Source: Octopus vulgaris
Lineage: Eukaryota
Reading direction: 5' to 3'
NCBI GenBank assembly: GCA_951406725.2
Contig: OX597822.1
Location: 93,310,001 to 93,374,000 of the forward strand
DNA length: 64,000 bases
Each line of letters starts with the position of its first letter. The stretch's first letter is position 1. Positions 1 to 19,549 of this stretch are shown here, piece after piece. The notes below the pieces were generated by a model that saw nothing but the letters and a program-made list of their open reading frames with translations, searched no databases and was not told where the DNA came from. The position numbers and the translations under genes are program-made.

Positions 1-1165
1 GAATCCCATTTATCATAGATCTCGTTGTTAAGGGCTTGCCTAAAGGCTACAGAACACAGTAACAAGAAATCAAGCCCGATGCCTTAGTTATGGAGGCCAA
101 TACTTTTAGATAAAACTGAAATGAAGATGACAATGTCTATATGATACCGACTCTCTTTCAAAACTGTTATTTTTTAATAACATAAGAATATGCTTTGAAG
201 TTTATTGCCAAATATTTGTTCGTCGTTACTGCCACATTCGTACTACAATAAATATTAATGAAAGACCACCATATTTGAAACTTTTATCATTGCAAAGCTT
301 GATAATTTGCTATGTTTGACTAGGGAAACATTAATTCACTGCACTGTTTTCAGCTTGGCGCAAACATGTCTCAGAAGTTTAGTTGCTTCACAAACCGTAG
401 AAGGCTGTTATGTTAAACAAACTATCATCGGAAAGATTATTTAATCTACATTAGCACAGTTGTCAGATTAAACACATTTGAACTAGAGAGAAAGAACAGC
501 TCCACGCCTTTCCTTATTCAGAATATAGCTGTTTCATTCCATGATAGAAATCTTTTTGTGAAATATAATTTAAAGCTGATACGAGTATCACTTTCTCGGC
601 GTGATATCACATCAAACGAAAACTTTATCCTCATGAAAACCCAGAGAAGGGGGACCCTCTCCAAACAAACCTGTTGATTATCGTGTTATCTTAATAAATT
701 TGTTAACAACTCTAATCTGATAGCAATTATTAAAGCAATAAGTTATAGTGTAAAAATTCTCTAAGCAAGCCTAAGATATTTAGGAAAGGAAATGTTGAAA
801 GAATTAGGTCAGATAAAGTACAGGAGGTGGAGGATAATCTTCACTTACTGTGTTGATAGAATGTCGATCTAGCAACCTAAGGACTAACAGTTCAAATACT
901 AATACGAGCACTGAACTACTTTATTAACAAAGTTATCTGTCAATTGTCGAGTCTGCCTAGCAATAAATATATCCTGTAAGGAAGTGTGGTTTACACTTTA
1001 AGGCCATGGGTTTGTGTATAGTTTACAAATGTTCCATTGGTTAATTGTCTTGAGAGAAACTACTTTCTTTAGCATGGATGTTCTCCATTCTAAAGATGGA
1101 TATTTCTAATTTAAATTAACATGGAACTGTTTCTGTTGCAGATATGTGAAGTAAATTAAATATTG

Positions 1166-1399
1166 ATTTCTTTATTGCCCACCGGGGGGATAAACATAGA
1201 GGGGACAAACAAGGACAGACAAAGGGATTAGGTCGATTACATCGACCCCGTGCGTAACTTGTACTTATTTAATCGACCCCAAAAAGATGAAAGACAAAGT
1301 CGACCTCGGTAGAATTTGAACTCAGAACGTAACGGCAGACGAAATACCGCTAATCACTTCACCCGGCGTGCTAATGATTTTACCAGCTCGCTGCCCCAG
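1166..1399 (-). mobile_element. tRNA-headed SINE, family A (tail type A1), full length
   Basis: Matches many other copies in the window (head GGCxGCGAGCTGGCAGAA..., B-box-like GAGTTCAAATTC, tail ...CAATAAAGAAAT). Flanked by a perfect 15-bp TSD GTAAATTAAATATTG at 1151-1165 and 1400-1414. Confidence 0.9.
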
Positions 1400-1810
1400 G
1401 TAAATTAAATATTGTAGGGGAGACTCAAGAGAAGTTGTGATATTCATTCCCATTCTGAAGAAATAGAGGCCAAAGTGGATTTCATATGGCGATCAATTGG
1501 GAAACGAAATTGCATAGCAAACGGAGCTCGTTGGGCTTGTTCCATCATGATATTTACCTTAGTAAATGGGATACATAAATCCATTCTTGATGGAGCCCAA
1601 TTAGCCAGCATCTACGTGATCGTTGGAATTGCTAGAAATATCTGCCAGTTCTCCCTCACTAATGCCCACCATCTTCGGAGTGGAAAGACGTATTGGATAA
1701 TGTAGTCATGGTTACACCGCAAAAAAAAATGGCACGGTCACGGCTGGAATGTCTTTGATGCTAGGTCTACTCCTTCAATGCTAACTTGGGTTTGAACAAC
1801 AATAGCAAGT

Positions 1811-2176
1811 GGAGGCGCAATGGCCCAATGGCTAGGGCAGCGGACTCGCGGTCGGAGGATCGCGGTTTCGATTCCCAGACCGGGCGTTGTGTGTGTTTAT
1901 TGAGCGAAAACACCTAAAGCTCCACGAGGCTCCGGCAGGGGGTGGTGGTGATCCCTGTTTTACTCTTTCGCCCCAATTTTCTCTCACTCTTTCTTCCTGT
2001 TTCCTCTCCCCGACTTCCTACGCAACCACTGAGCCTGGATACGCATTCATCCATCCGTCGATGCACTCGGCGTCAGGGGTTGACCTGCTTTCTCTTCTGC
2101 GGGTCTTATGAATAGCAAAGGACCACGTTTCGGACTTCTCCCATCTTGCGAGCCCTGGGACGAAGACCGTTCGCTC
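1811..2176 (+). mobile_element. tRNA-derived SINE, family C
   Basis: Head has A-box TGGCCCAATGG and B-box GGTTTCGATTCCC, followed by about 300 bp of non-tRNA body and a (CAA/CAG)n tail. Confidence 0.75.
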
Positions 2177-2595
2177 AACAGCAACAGCAACTACAACAGC
2201 AACAACAACGACAGAAAGAAAAACAACGTACGACGGTAACAAAAACTGCAACAACAATCCACAAGAACAACAAAAGCATTAACAATAACAATACCACCAC
2301 TACGATCGCCGCCGCCACCACTACCACTAGTACCAGCGCCACCAGTACCTTACTACCACCACCACCACCACCACCACCACCGCCACCACTACCACCACCA
2401 CCACTACCACCACCACCACCACCAACACCACCACCACTACCACCACGACAAGCCACCACCACCACCACTACCACCACCACAACCACCACCACCATCACCA
2501 CTACCACCACTACTACTACTAACACTACCACCACAACCACCACAATCATCCCCCACTACCACCACTGTTATTACTACCATCACGACCATCACCAT
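2176..2595. repeat. Degenerate (CAA)n/(CAC)n trinucleotide tract
   Basis: Low-complexity triplets seen directly; source of the poly-Q/P/T ORFs. Confidence 0.9.
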
Positions 2596-3167
2596 ATAAC
2601 ATGCTGTATTGATTTCTTCCACTGGCACAAGTCCTCAGATATATTGGCGCTCGGAAATTAGATACTGTGTTGTTGGCTTCTTTCTCAAGAGCATTACCAA
2701 CATAAATGATGTGAAATGTCTAAACCAGTGAGATAAATGATGAAAGAAAATTAAAAACTAGGCGAGAAATAAAGGCAGAAGAAGAATTGAGCTTAACGGC
2801 TGGAAAACAGATGTTTTAAACAGAAAAGCAATTTGTGATAATTCTTTACAAGTTTAGAAGAACTGATAGAGCGAAGTGATACACTTCAAAATCTCTTCCG
2901 ATGACTGAAGTAAATGTCTTCGGATTGTGTAACATTAAGAACCAGTATTAGGTTGGCATATTAGAAGGATCAAAGGAATTCTTTGAATTATTGGCTGTAA
3001 ATATAAGAATATATATTATATAAGCCACTTATAATTCGATTACATCGACAGTAACCCAATCAAATGGAGCAGAGATCAGTTGCTGCGATTTGAGGCCGAC
3101 TCAACGGTTCATCGTAATTTATACACTTTCTACCAACCTCTTCCCTTCTCTATCTATCTATCTATCA

Positions 3168-3261
<94 letters not shown>

Positions 3262-3348
3262 ACATACATACATACATACATATATGTATGTACTATTATT
3301 TATTTATTTAATATTTTATATTTATTTATTTCGTATTTTATATTGATG

Positions 3349-3386
<38 letters not shown>

Positions 3387-4073
3387 CTATAAATACATAT
3401 AAATATATCATATATATATATATATACCATAATCAAATATCCCCCAAAATGGGGGAAAAAGATGTTGAATCAAAATTAAAGCAACGATCACAGACAGGAC
3501 CTGTCGGTGTATTCAAGAGAGTTACCTTACTAAAAAGTTTAGCCCGGAGTAGGGGTGACTATAAAAAAAGAATAGGAACAAAAGCGAATATATGAAGGAG
3601 AAACTTATCTAAAATTTACATATATATATATTAACATATATATATTTATACATATATATAAACACACATACAAAGACATACACACATATATATATATACA
3701 CACATACATACACACATACATATATATGCATACACACGCACACATATACATATGCACACACACATGCACACACACATATATAAATATATACATATACATA
3801 TATATACATATATATATACACATATATACGAATTTACACATAAATACATATACACCAAAGAAAATACATATATAAAAACATATATAACTATACACATATT
3901 TATACACAGATATACACATGTATATGCGTGCATGCTAATGTATCAATACACGAAAAATATGCATATACAAAGAAGTGTACATACATACATACACACATAC
4001 ATATACAAGTATAAACATATATAGACATAAACATAAAATGCATTCATGCGCAAACACACAAAAAAACACAAAA

Positions 4074-4250
4074 GGCGCAGGAGTGTCTGTGTGGTAAGAA
4101 GCTTGCTTACGAACCACATTGTTCCGGGTTCAGTCCCAATGTGTTGCAACTTGGGCAAGTGTATTCTGCTATAGCCTCGGGCCGACCAATGCCTTGTGAG
4201 TGGATTTGGTAGACGGGAACTGAAACAAGCCTGTCGTATATATGTATGTA

Positions 4251-4346
<96 letters not shown>

Positions 4347-4649
4347 CAACAATTGAGGGTAAAATTAATTAATTATTAATCAATTTCACCAAGTGTTCAG
4401 TATGCAAAGGGACCATTTAAGGCGAATTCAAATTATTACATTATATAAAAGGGCTTAGTAAAATAAATTAGATTTATTTGATTTTTGATTTTTTAATGTC
4501 CTTACCCCCAAACTTTTGTGAGTTGAATTAAGCAAACACTATATATGAGAGAGATTTTCTTTAAGTATTAGAAATAGCTTTAAAAAAGTTTTTTAGTTGC
4601 TATTTCTAATGAGTTCAGTATGCGGCAAAGTAATTTATTTTACTAAGCC

Positions 4650-4712
<63 letters not shown>

Positions 4713-4936
4713 GTGTGTATATGTTTGTGCGTTTGTGTTTGTCCCCACTAACATCGCTTGACAACCGATGCTGGTGTGTTTACGTCCCCGTCACTTAGCG
4801 GTTCGGCAAAAGAGACCGATAGAATAAGTACTGGGCTTATAAAGAATAAGTCCCGGGTTCGATTTGCTCGACTAAAGGCGGTGCTCCAGCATGGCCACAG
4901 TCACATGACTGAAACAAGTAAAAAGAGAAAAAGAGA
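4074..4936 (+). mobile_element. SINE family B (CORE-like) with central microsatellite and nested insert
   Basis: Head GGCGCAGGAGTG..., CTTGGGCAAGT motif, central (TA)n, tail ...GACTGAAACAAGTAAAAAGAG. About 310 bp of foreign sequence (4345-4658) sits in the (TA)n. Confidence 0.85.
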
Positions 4937-4985
4937 ATACATACATACATACATATATACATACATACATGCTTTAAGCCTTTGG

Positions 4986-5039
<54 letters not shown>

Positions 5040-5275
5040 TTCAATATTAATATGTATACGTATAACTCTCTATGGCTTTTTTCTGCTTGTGAACCTGTTG
5101 CATTATATTCTACTATACACACTTGGCCTTGTTTGCATTATACTTCGTCTCGACCTATTACTATTTCTCTGAACATATCCGTTAGATCTTTATTTTTATG
5201 TTATAGTTTACTGCAAATATAGACTTGCATACACATTGATATGTCTTTCTTTTTCTTTCTCGTTTCTCTCACTAT

Positions 5276-5356
5276 TTATTATTATTGTTATTGTTATTGT
5301 TATTGTTATTGTTCTTGTTCTTGTTCTTCTTGTTCTTGTTGTTGTTGTTGTTGTTG

Positions 5357-5387
<31 letters not shown>

Positions 5388-5403
5388 CATTAGTACTACT
5401 ACA

Positions 5404-5458
<55 letters not shown>

Positions 5459-5592
5459 TTACTATTACTACTACTACTACTACTACTACTACTATTACTA
5501 TTACTATTACTATTACTACTATTACTATTACTATTACTATTACTATTACTATTATTATTATTATTATTATTATTATCATTATTTTTATTATT

Positions 5593-5664
<72 letters not shown>

Positions 5665-5668
5665 ATTA
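5276..5668. repeat. Compound (TTG)/(TTA)/(CTA)n microsatellite
   Basis: Seen directly. Confidence 0.95.
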
Positions 5669-5702
5669 TTTTTCCCTCTTACAACTTGTTTGTAAATATC
5701 CG

Positions 5703-5760
<58 letters not shown>

Positions 5761-5764
<4 letters not shown>

Positions 5765-6196
5765 CCAAGGCAGTGTGAAAGTTCTAGGACATTTATAAAG
5801 AGAAAGGTAGTCTTACAGCTGTTTCAGGGACGATATGAGAGACGATATGAGAGAGTTAAATAGAGGGAAATAGTTGAATTCAATATAAGAAGTTATTTTG
5901 GAAAGGGAGAGATATAGGAAGAATTAAGGAAAATAAGAGAATAAAAACAAAAATATATGTTGGCTGTTACAGTCGTAGTTCCATCATCTAAGAAAAGTGT
6001 TGTGTAAAATCGGTAGAAAGTGTTATGATAGATTCAAAGTTGGGCAGGGAGGAGTTGGATAGCTAATAAAGATTTCCCTTTATTTAACACTCTCATATCG
6101 TCACTGATGAAGGAATATCTCTCATATCCCCGAAACAGCTGTAAGACTACCTTTCTCTTTATAAGTGTCCTAAAAATTTCAAACTACGTTGGCTTT
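5761..6196. mobile_element. Inverted-repeat element carrying a hammerhead-like motif (Penelope-like terminal repeat)
   Basis: 5761-5871 is the reverse complement of about 6072-6196 (TTATAAAGAGAAAGGTAGTCTTACAGCTGTTTC / GAAACAGCTGTAAGACTACCTTTCTCTTTATAA). Confidence 0.7.
6100..6147 (+). ncRNA. Minimal type-I hammerhead ribozyme motif (canonical core)
   Basis: GUC-a-CUGAUGA-a-GGAAUAU(cucuc)AUAUCCC-c-GAAAC-AGCU-GUA^aGAC, with palindromic helix III ACAGCUGU. Confidence 0.7.
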
Positions 6197-6345
6197 GTTG
6201 ACTCATTTTATTTAACACATACATGTACACACACGACCCGCATTAGACTATTATCACACATACTATTATCGAACCTGGAACCAAACTACAGTCCTTCCGT
6301 AGCGCTTCTTACATAGCCTTACCTGCCATCTTCTGGATACCGAAA

Positions 6346-6408
<63 letters not shown>

Positions 6409-6498
6409 CACACACATATATATATATAAAGAGGGTTCCTGGGCTGGGATTTCAGCTTTTCGCTTAATATTTATATGTATGATTGTATTTATATATAA

Positions 6499-6586
<88 letters not shown>

Positions 6587-6641
6587 GTATATGTATATGA
6601 ATATGTATGTATGTATATGTATATGTATACATGTATGTATA

Positions 6642-6805
6642 GGCGCAGGAGTCGCTATGTGGTAAGAAGGTTGCTTCCCAATCACATGGTTCAGGGTTCA
6701 GTCCCACTGCGTGGTACCTTGGGCAAGTGTCTTCTACTATAGCCTCGAGCCGACCAAAGCCTTGTAAACAGATTGGTAGACAGAAACTGAAAGAAGCCCA
6801 TCGGA
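6642..6805 (+). mobile_element. SINE family B, 5' half
   Basis: Same head as 4074 and 52568; ends at the central microsatellite. Confidence 0.85.
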
Positions 6806-6818
6806 TACATATATATGT

Positions 6819-6851
<33 letters not shown>

Positions 6852-6873
6852 AATAAATACATAAATAAATATA

Positions 6874-6947
<74 letters not shown>

Positions 6948-6954
6948 TATATCA

Positions 6955-7242
<288 letters not shown>

Positions 7243-7429
7243 TTATGTGTGTGTGTGTGTGTGTCTGTGTGTGCGTGCGAGTGGCCGTGAACGTACATGC
7301 GTGTGTGTTTATTCAAGCTAATTCCTGCTTGTTTAGCAATTCGAGTTTCAGTCACAGCGATTGCCAGACGGTCACTGTGAAACTCGTCTCGTGATAGAAT
7401 GTATTCAGTAACAACAACAACAACAGCAC

Positions 7430-7465
<36 letters not shown>

Positions 7466-7590
7466 ACGCACTCACACACACATCTTATTTAAAATGTTTT
7501 GACTTCAAGTTTCCCGGGTCTATAACAGAAGCCCGTCTCTTTCAGGCTTAGAGTACTAAATACATACATACATACATACCTACATACCTA

Positions 7591-7634
<44 letters not shown>

Positions 7635-7863
7635 AGTCACTGGCCTAATACAAAACCCTTCTTTACTCGAAATGAATGCTATAGCATATTTCATTATCAT
7701 TCATTTGAAAATTTGATAGGCTTCCATGATATCGTTTGGTAACACATATCACCTGATTAACCTTTAACGGAGTATTGCTTGAAGAACTGGAAATGTTACA
7801 GAAAGTCGTTATTGCATAATCTTATATAACTTCGTATATGCTAAGTTTTGGGATACACTGAAT

Positions 7864-8580
<717 letters not shown>

Positions 8581-8584
8581 CCCC

Positions 8585-8826
8585 GAAATATATTACTGTG
8601 TCTGGGGAGTGTTCACATCCTTTAGTGCCTTATTACTTAATAAACTCACCGGTTCGATTTCCACTCATTTATAATTTCTTTTTTTTCTAAAGTTTTCGTG
8701 GCGTCTTGCAACCTTTCCAATAGTCGTTGACTCTCAGTAAATGAGTGGAAATCGAACTGGTACGTGTATTAAATAATAAGGCACTAAAAGAGAATGACTG
8801 TTCCCAAACACAATACAATATGTTTC
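8585..8826. mobile_element. Inverted-repeat element enclosing a U3-A8 hammerhead-like motif (8687-8723, minus)
   Basis: Arms 8585-8671 / 8739-8826 (TTTAGTGCCTTATT..GTTCGATTTCCACTCATTTA). Spacer on minus reads CUA-UUGGAAA-g-GUUGC(AAGAC)GCCAC-GAAA-ACUU^UAG. Confidence 0.6.
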
Positions 8827-9654
8827 AGCACTCGAATTCACATAAAGAATCTTGCAAACCAGATACAAAAACAATATATATATATTTTAAAAAGTCTTTG
8901 CGAAAATTACTTGACACAGTTTTACTAAGTATAAAAAAGAATTTTTTAAAAATTATTTTTTAGAAAAAGTTGTAAATTCTTTATCAGAACGTCGCTAACC
9001 TTTTGGAAGAAGTTTCTTTCTAGTGTGTGTTAGCGCTTTCGACGTTATAGAGAGAATGTGAAAGGAAGGGAGGAAAGAGAGAGAGAGAGAGAGACGGAGG
9101 AAGACAGGCAGATAAGAGAATGAGAGAAGACTTGTCAAAGTGTGCGTTTTTTTCCCTAGTAACCACACCTTTTAAGATAGGGATTTCTAGCCCACTCACA
9201 TCCTCATCTCATTTTACATGTCCCTGTAAATTTTGGAGTCAATGCGACGGGTCTAGTGCCCTTTAACCCGTTCCAATGCCAAAACCAGATAAACAAACTT
9301 TTTGCATTTCAGAATTATAATATAGAGATAAATATATAATTATTTGTTAGATCCATTTGAATCAACACTTTTTAATATTAAGCACACCAAGCAAGGGTCG
9401 AGATCTGCACATCCGTGTATATACCATATACAAACACCTCCGTATATACTCATGCATATACAGACATATTCATATACTAACACATACATGTATATGCACA
9501 CACAAATATACACATACGTATAAATATACAAGTACCGGCATTGAATTTCACGATCCAATGTATGTTCGAGATCCAACGTAGGGAAGGTTTCAGGAAGGGT
9601 GTTTACATAAAATATGAACACAAATGGGTGAAGGATTCACTACAGCTGTTTCAG

Positions 9655-10025
9655 ACGCATTTTTCATTGATGTAGAAAGTCGAGCCTATCCGCTGATTTA
9701 ACTCCTGTAAGTTCTGTGGAAGTAGGAGCATGTCTTTTAGGTACCCCAAAAGGAAAGAAGTCACAAGACGTTAGATCGAGGGACCTACCGAGCCAGTCCA
9801 TCAATGGCAAATCATTCCCCCCAAAAAAAACAGCTAATCCGGCGTTTTTGGAAGATGCTGGTTGAGGTAGCCGTGTAGGTGTCTATGCTAATGTGCGGGA
9901 CACCATCTTGCTTCATAGTGAAGTCGGTCACCTCCTCTTCCAACTGGGGTAACAACCAAATGGGCAGCATGTCGAGGTAGGTGTACCTTCTAACGGTGTA
10001 CCATTCATTTTGAATTACCTTCTGT
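9655..10025 (-). pseudogene. Tc1/mariner-superfamily transposase fragment
   Basis: Frameshifted translation YLDMLPIWLLPQL..KQDGVP.. then WLGRSLDLTSCDFF.WGYLK resembles the WPPRSPDLTPCDFFLWGYLK motif; TA-CAG-type end near 10025. Confidence 0.75.
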
Positions 10026-10259
10026 ATATGTATATATGTATGTATGTGTGTGTATGTATGTATGTATGTATGTATGTATGTATGTATGTGTGTATGTATG
10101 TAAGTATGTATGTATGTATGTATGTATGTATATATATACATGTGTATATTTTATGTATTAGAATTTTCTTTGATTTTTCAAATTTTTGTATGCTAAGCTA
10201 CTGGTTTTAAATTGATAGTAATTAAATTAATATTCAATTTATCTTCCTCATTATTTATA

Positions 10260-10299
<40 letters not shown>

Positions 10300-10327
10300 C
10301 CAGTTGTATTAAGATACAACATCCTCA

Positions 10328-10867
10328 TTTTCACGTTTTTTATTATTCTATTAAAATATTTTTTTACAATGTTAAATTATGTTAAACATTAAAAAATATT
10401 TTGTAATGTTCATAAGTTCAATTAGTGCTTCCATACGTTCGTATTAATCGTCAGATTTCAGAAAGTATTAACTGGCATTTGAGTTGAGTGCTTGACATCT
10501 GTAGTAAAATGACTGACTTCTCCCTTTTTACACCTTTTAGAAGGTACCGACAAGTTGAATTTTTTTAATACCGTTTTGACCAATCAGTAATACCGGTGCG
10601 CCCGGTACTCGGTCAAAACCGTATTCGAAAAATCCAGCTTGTCGGAGCCTTTTAAAAGTATAAAAAGGGTGAAGTCAGTCATTTTACTACAGTGTCAAGC
10701 ACTCATCTCAACTGTCAGTCAATACATTTTGAAATCTAACGATTACTACGAACATAAGAAAGCGCTAATTGAACTTTATGGACATTACAAGATATTTTTT
10801 TTTAATGTTTAACACAATTCAACATTGTAAAAAAAATTGTTTAATACCATAATAAAATCCGTGAAAA
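10328..10867. mobile_element. Palindromic foldback element (MITE-like), ~265-bp arms
   Basis: Arms align along their length (e.g. TGTAGTAAAATGACTGACTTC / GAAGTCAGTCATTTTACTACA); centre TACCGGTGCGCCCGGTA near 10598. Confidence 0.85.
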
Positions 10868-10972
10868 CCAGACCATGTTGTAACTTTATTCAACTTATAT
10901 ATTTTTGTATACACATTTACACAAATTAGGACATGTGTGTGTGTGTGTGTATGTGTGTGTGTGTGTGTGTTT

Positions 10973-11153
10973 AAGACGAAGACAGGTGAAGGAACAACAA
11001 ACAGGTATATTAGTTTAACGTTCAGGAAGAATGGAAAAGTCTTTGACGTTTCGGGCCTACGGTCTTCGACAGAAAAGTCCGATAGAAAAAAATGGAGAAA
11101 GAACATAAAAAACAGAGAGGAAAAATGCGTAGGAGTTAACGGGTCAACATGAT
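10973..11153 (-). mobile_element. Short repeat family H1, copy 2 (motif 11041-11076)
   Basis: Minus strand CUGUCGA-a-GACC(GUAG)GCCC-GAAAC-GUC^AAAG; helix II damaged. Confidence 0.7.
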
Positions 11154-11194
11154 GAAATGTATATGTTGTGTGTATGTATTTATGTGTGTATGCA

Positions 11195-11242
<48 letters not shown>

Positions 11243-11516
11243 CACATACACATTTCAAAAAGTTGTACTAAATACTATACAAGATAAATTCTTGATTTAT
11301 CGAAATCACTTTTGTTTCGAAAGGAAGCGAACAAACACCTAGTGGTAATTAAAACCGATCCTGAATGAGAAGAGGAGATATTTTGAAGCAACTAACATGG
11401 TATATATTCTTAGCATGGCTGCAGTCCAATAACTAAAACCAGCGAAAGTACACAGCTAAATAGCTCGCGGCAGGACGATCTACCGATTTGGCCTTCCACG
11501 GCTTCAATAATAATAT

Positions 11517-11739
11517 ATTTCTTTACTACCCACAAGGGGATAAACACAGAGGGGACAAACAAGGACAGACAAAGGGATTAAGTCGATTATATCGACCCCA
11601 GTGCGTAACTAGTACTTAATTTATCGACCCCGAAAGGATGAAAGGCAAAGTCGACCTCGGCGGAATTTGAACTCAGAACGTAACGGCAGACGAAATACGG
11701 CTACGCATTTCACCCGGCGTGCTAACGTTTCTGCCAGCT
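11517..11739 (-). mobile_element. SINE family A (A1)
   Basis: Near-identical to 1166-1399 and to the 25.1-26.5 kb units. Confidence 0.9.
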
Positions 11740-11883
11740 AAGCAGGAAGCTTTTGTTCTTGTCTCGCTTCTCCCATTCAGCACCTTTGTATCAATTCCCC
11801 TACCCCTATCAATCACATGACCCCTCTCTATGGAATCAGTTTCTATTTTACCCATATCGTTCTCCTTGAAAAAAAAAACGTCG

Positions 11884-11980
<97 letters not shown>

Positions 11981-12125
11981 TATAACAATGAATGCATAAG
12001 CAATCAAATGTATCTCGCTCTCTCCCTCTCTTCCTTTCACTTTCTCTAAGTCTATATCTTCTACCTATTGCCTTCTCTCTCTCATTTCTCTTCCTCTCTC
12101 TCCCGCTCATGGACTATCTCTTTTG

Positions 12126-12190
<65 letters not shown>

Positions 12191-12219
12191 GTCTGTCTAT
12201 CTGTCTATCTATCTGTCTG

Positions 12220-12368
<149 letters not shown>

Positions 12369-12854
12369 TTTATCTTCTATTGTCTATCCCATATCTCTAT
12401 CTAAACGATCGCCAAAAACAGCCAACATATTCTTGTCCTACGTGTGTGGAGAGTTGGCTGCCAGTAACTATGGACGCCGGTGTTTCAACAGACTAAACAG
12501 GAAGCGAACGTTGCTCTGGCGATTGATGGCCAACATAGATGTCAGAAGTTAACCTAAATATATACATACGCCAGACATACGTTCATATTTCCCAGAGGAA
12601 TCTGAATTTACCGTTCTGTTAATTTGAATTGCGCTGAAACAAACAAACAAACACACGGACACACAGATACACATAAACACAAACACATACAAAATAAAAC
12701 TATGATGTAGGTTGACTTCAGGACGAAATCTGGATTTCGTGGAAATTATCATAAAGCATACGCTTCCAACTCCACGTTTATTTGTGACGACGATGCCCCT
12801 CTATTAAATACGCATGCGTAAAAGATATAAATAAAAAAAATTGATAGATTAAGC

Positions 12855-13280
12855 TGATATTCCTTCTACTATTATGATAAAGCTTGAAATTTGGGTGGTG
12901 ATGGTGGTGATAGTAGTTGGGGGGCAAAGATCTAGTAGGTTACATTAATCTCAGTTTCCGACTGGTATTTATTCTATAGATGAATGGATGAAAGGTAAAG
13001 TTAATTGAAATTAGACTCTAACGTTGGAAGAAATGCTGCTAAGCATTTCAGCATTTCGCCCGGCGTGCTAATGGATTCTACCAGCAAGACGTCTTCACAA
13101 TAATCCTTTCTGCTATAGTCACAAAGTCTGGAATTTTGGGGGGAAAGGGATTTAGTCGATTATATCGACCCCAGTACTTATTTTAGCCCTAGTACTTATT
13201 TTATCGACTCCAAAAGGAAGAAAAGGAAACAGTCGATCCCGGCGGAATTTGAGCTCAGAATGTGAAGACGGACGAAATAC
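12855..13280 (-). mobile_element. Two decayed SINE A (tail type A2) copies
   Basis: Retain GCATTTCGCCCGGCGTGCTAA, GTCGATTATATCGACCCCAGT and CGGCGGAATTTGA blocks. Confidence 0.7.
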
Positions 13281-13635
13281 AGAAGCAGCAGTAATAACAC
13301 CAACGACGACTGCAGAAACAATTGCTTACATTCGTTCACCTCATTTTACAGACAATGTCCACGTCCACCCTCTCCTTAGTACACCCGACGCACCCAACCA
13401 AAAGCCCCTACAGTACCTACCCCATCGTTCTATTTTTCTTCTTATCACTGCTTTAGAATTTTGTGACAAAGCTCAGCTTAGCTAAGATAAACCATTAATA
13501 ATTATTCTTCAAAAGCTTGCTCATTTATTCATTAAAAAGTCATTACATGTATGTATATACGTATACGTAATGTATGTATATATGGATATATGTATGTACA
13601 TATGTGTGTATGTATATGTATGTGTATGCATATGT

Positions 13636-13684
<49 letters not shown>

Positions 13685-14127
13685 CGCAATACGTACAGTG
13701 GTAGTCAGAGATCACTTCGTGACAGAGTCTTTTAGATGATTAACTGGCGATAACTTTAAGTAACTTTAGGCAGGAGACAAAATCTACTGTGCTTGGAACG
13801 TACAGATTTTGATGACGATACGTGTTGGATAACATCATATGTGACTATGCGCGCACAGACATACACACACACCCGCACATACATCTATGCGTGGGATGAG
13901 ATGGACGTGTTCTATGCGTCCATCATATTATGTAGAGCTGAGTCATGTTATTAAAAATATATCTGACTCCTACCAATGTGTTGAGTCCTACTTTCTTTTG
14001 TTTGTTCACTCGCTCGTGTACACACACACACACATATAGCTTATGCAGTTAAAAGTTATGTCCGGTCATAGGGTGACCATTGGTTTTGCACCTATAAAGC
14101 GCCTAGGAGTATAACTTACTTGTCAGA

Positions 14128-14192
<65 letters not shown>

Positions 14193-14194
<2 letters not shown>

Positions 14195-14348
14195 GGAAAG
14201 TTTGCGAAAATAAACAAAAGACGAAGGCAGGTGTAGTACAAACAAACAAATGTATTAGTATAGCGCTCAGGAATAGAAAAAGTCTTTTACGTTTCGAGCC
14301 TATGCTCTTCGACAGAAAGATACACAGAAAAAAACAAAGAGAGAAACC
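14193..14348 (-). mobile_element. Short repeat family H1, copy 3 (motif 14283-14320)
   Basis: Minus strand UCUUU-CUGUCGA-a-GAGC(AUAG)GCUC-GAAAC-GUA^AAAGA with a 5-bp helix I. Confidence 0.75.
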
Positions 14349-14520
14349 GAAGACTGTTTGATTTCATTATTTTCCCTCTTTTTTTTGCCCGTGTGAATTA
14401 CAGGGAGGGTTGTCTGTGGAGTCATATTTTGTAGCGAAAAGAAATAACGGTCTTTTGGCTGCTATTTCTAAACTCTTCGGTATGTGGTTAAGCAACTCGT
14501 TGCTAAACCCTTAATTGTTG

Positions 14521-18916
<4,396 letters not shown>

Positions 18917-18941
18917 ATATGCTTTCTTGTTTGGATTAACT

Positions 18942-18979
<38 letters not shown>

Positions 18980-19015
18980 GTTTAAATATTTGTTGTGCAA
19001 GATAACAATATATAT

Positions 19016-19054
<39 letters not shown>

Positions 19055-19084
19055 CATACATACATACATTCATACATACATACA

Positions 19085-19187
<103 letters not shown>

Positions 19188-19345
19188 ATATGGGAGAGTA
19201 TTGTAGTTCGCTTGATGCATTGTGTTTTCTTTGTAAAGAATAATAAAAAGTTTTGAGTGGTACAACAATGCACTATTATACAAAATATGGGCTATATACC
19301 TGTTGTAATTTAGTCATCCATAGTCTGATATGATATTTGGGAAGA

Positions 19346-19399
<54 letters not shown>

Positions 19400-19518
19400 T
19401 GTATGTATGTATGTATGTATGTATATAGTAGTGGATACCTGGAGAGGAGCTTTGGAAAGCACACTTTAAGGTTATTACCCAGATCACACACACACACACA
19501 CAAGCACACATACACACA

Positions 19519-19549
<31 letters not shown>

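Noticed and set aside
1475-1705. 76-aa ORF in unique-looking sequence
   Set aside because: No recognisable motif; GTG start in eukaryotic DNA; length expected by chance.
1813-1886. tRNA gene
   Set aside because: A/B boxes are present but it runs into a SINE body and simple-repeat tail, without a convincing acceptor stem or poly-T terminator.
2146-2661. Poly-Q/T/P ORF resembling formin/extensin
   Set aside because: Starts in a SINE tail and is entirely triplet repeat.
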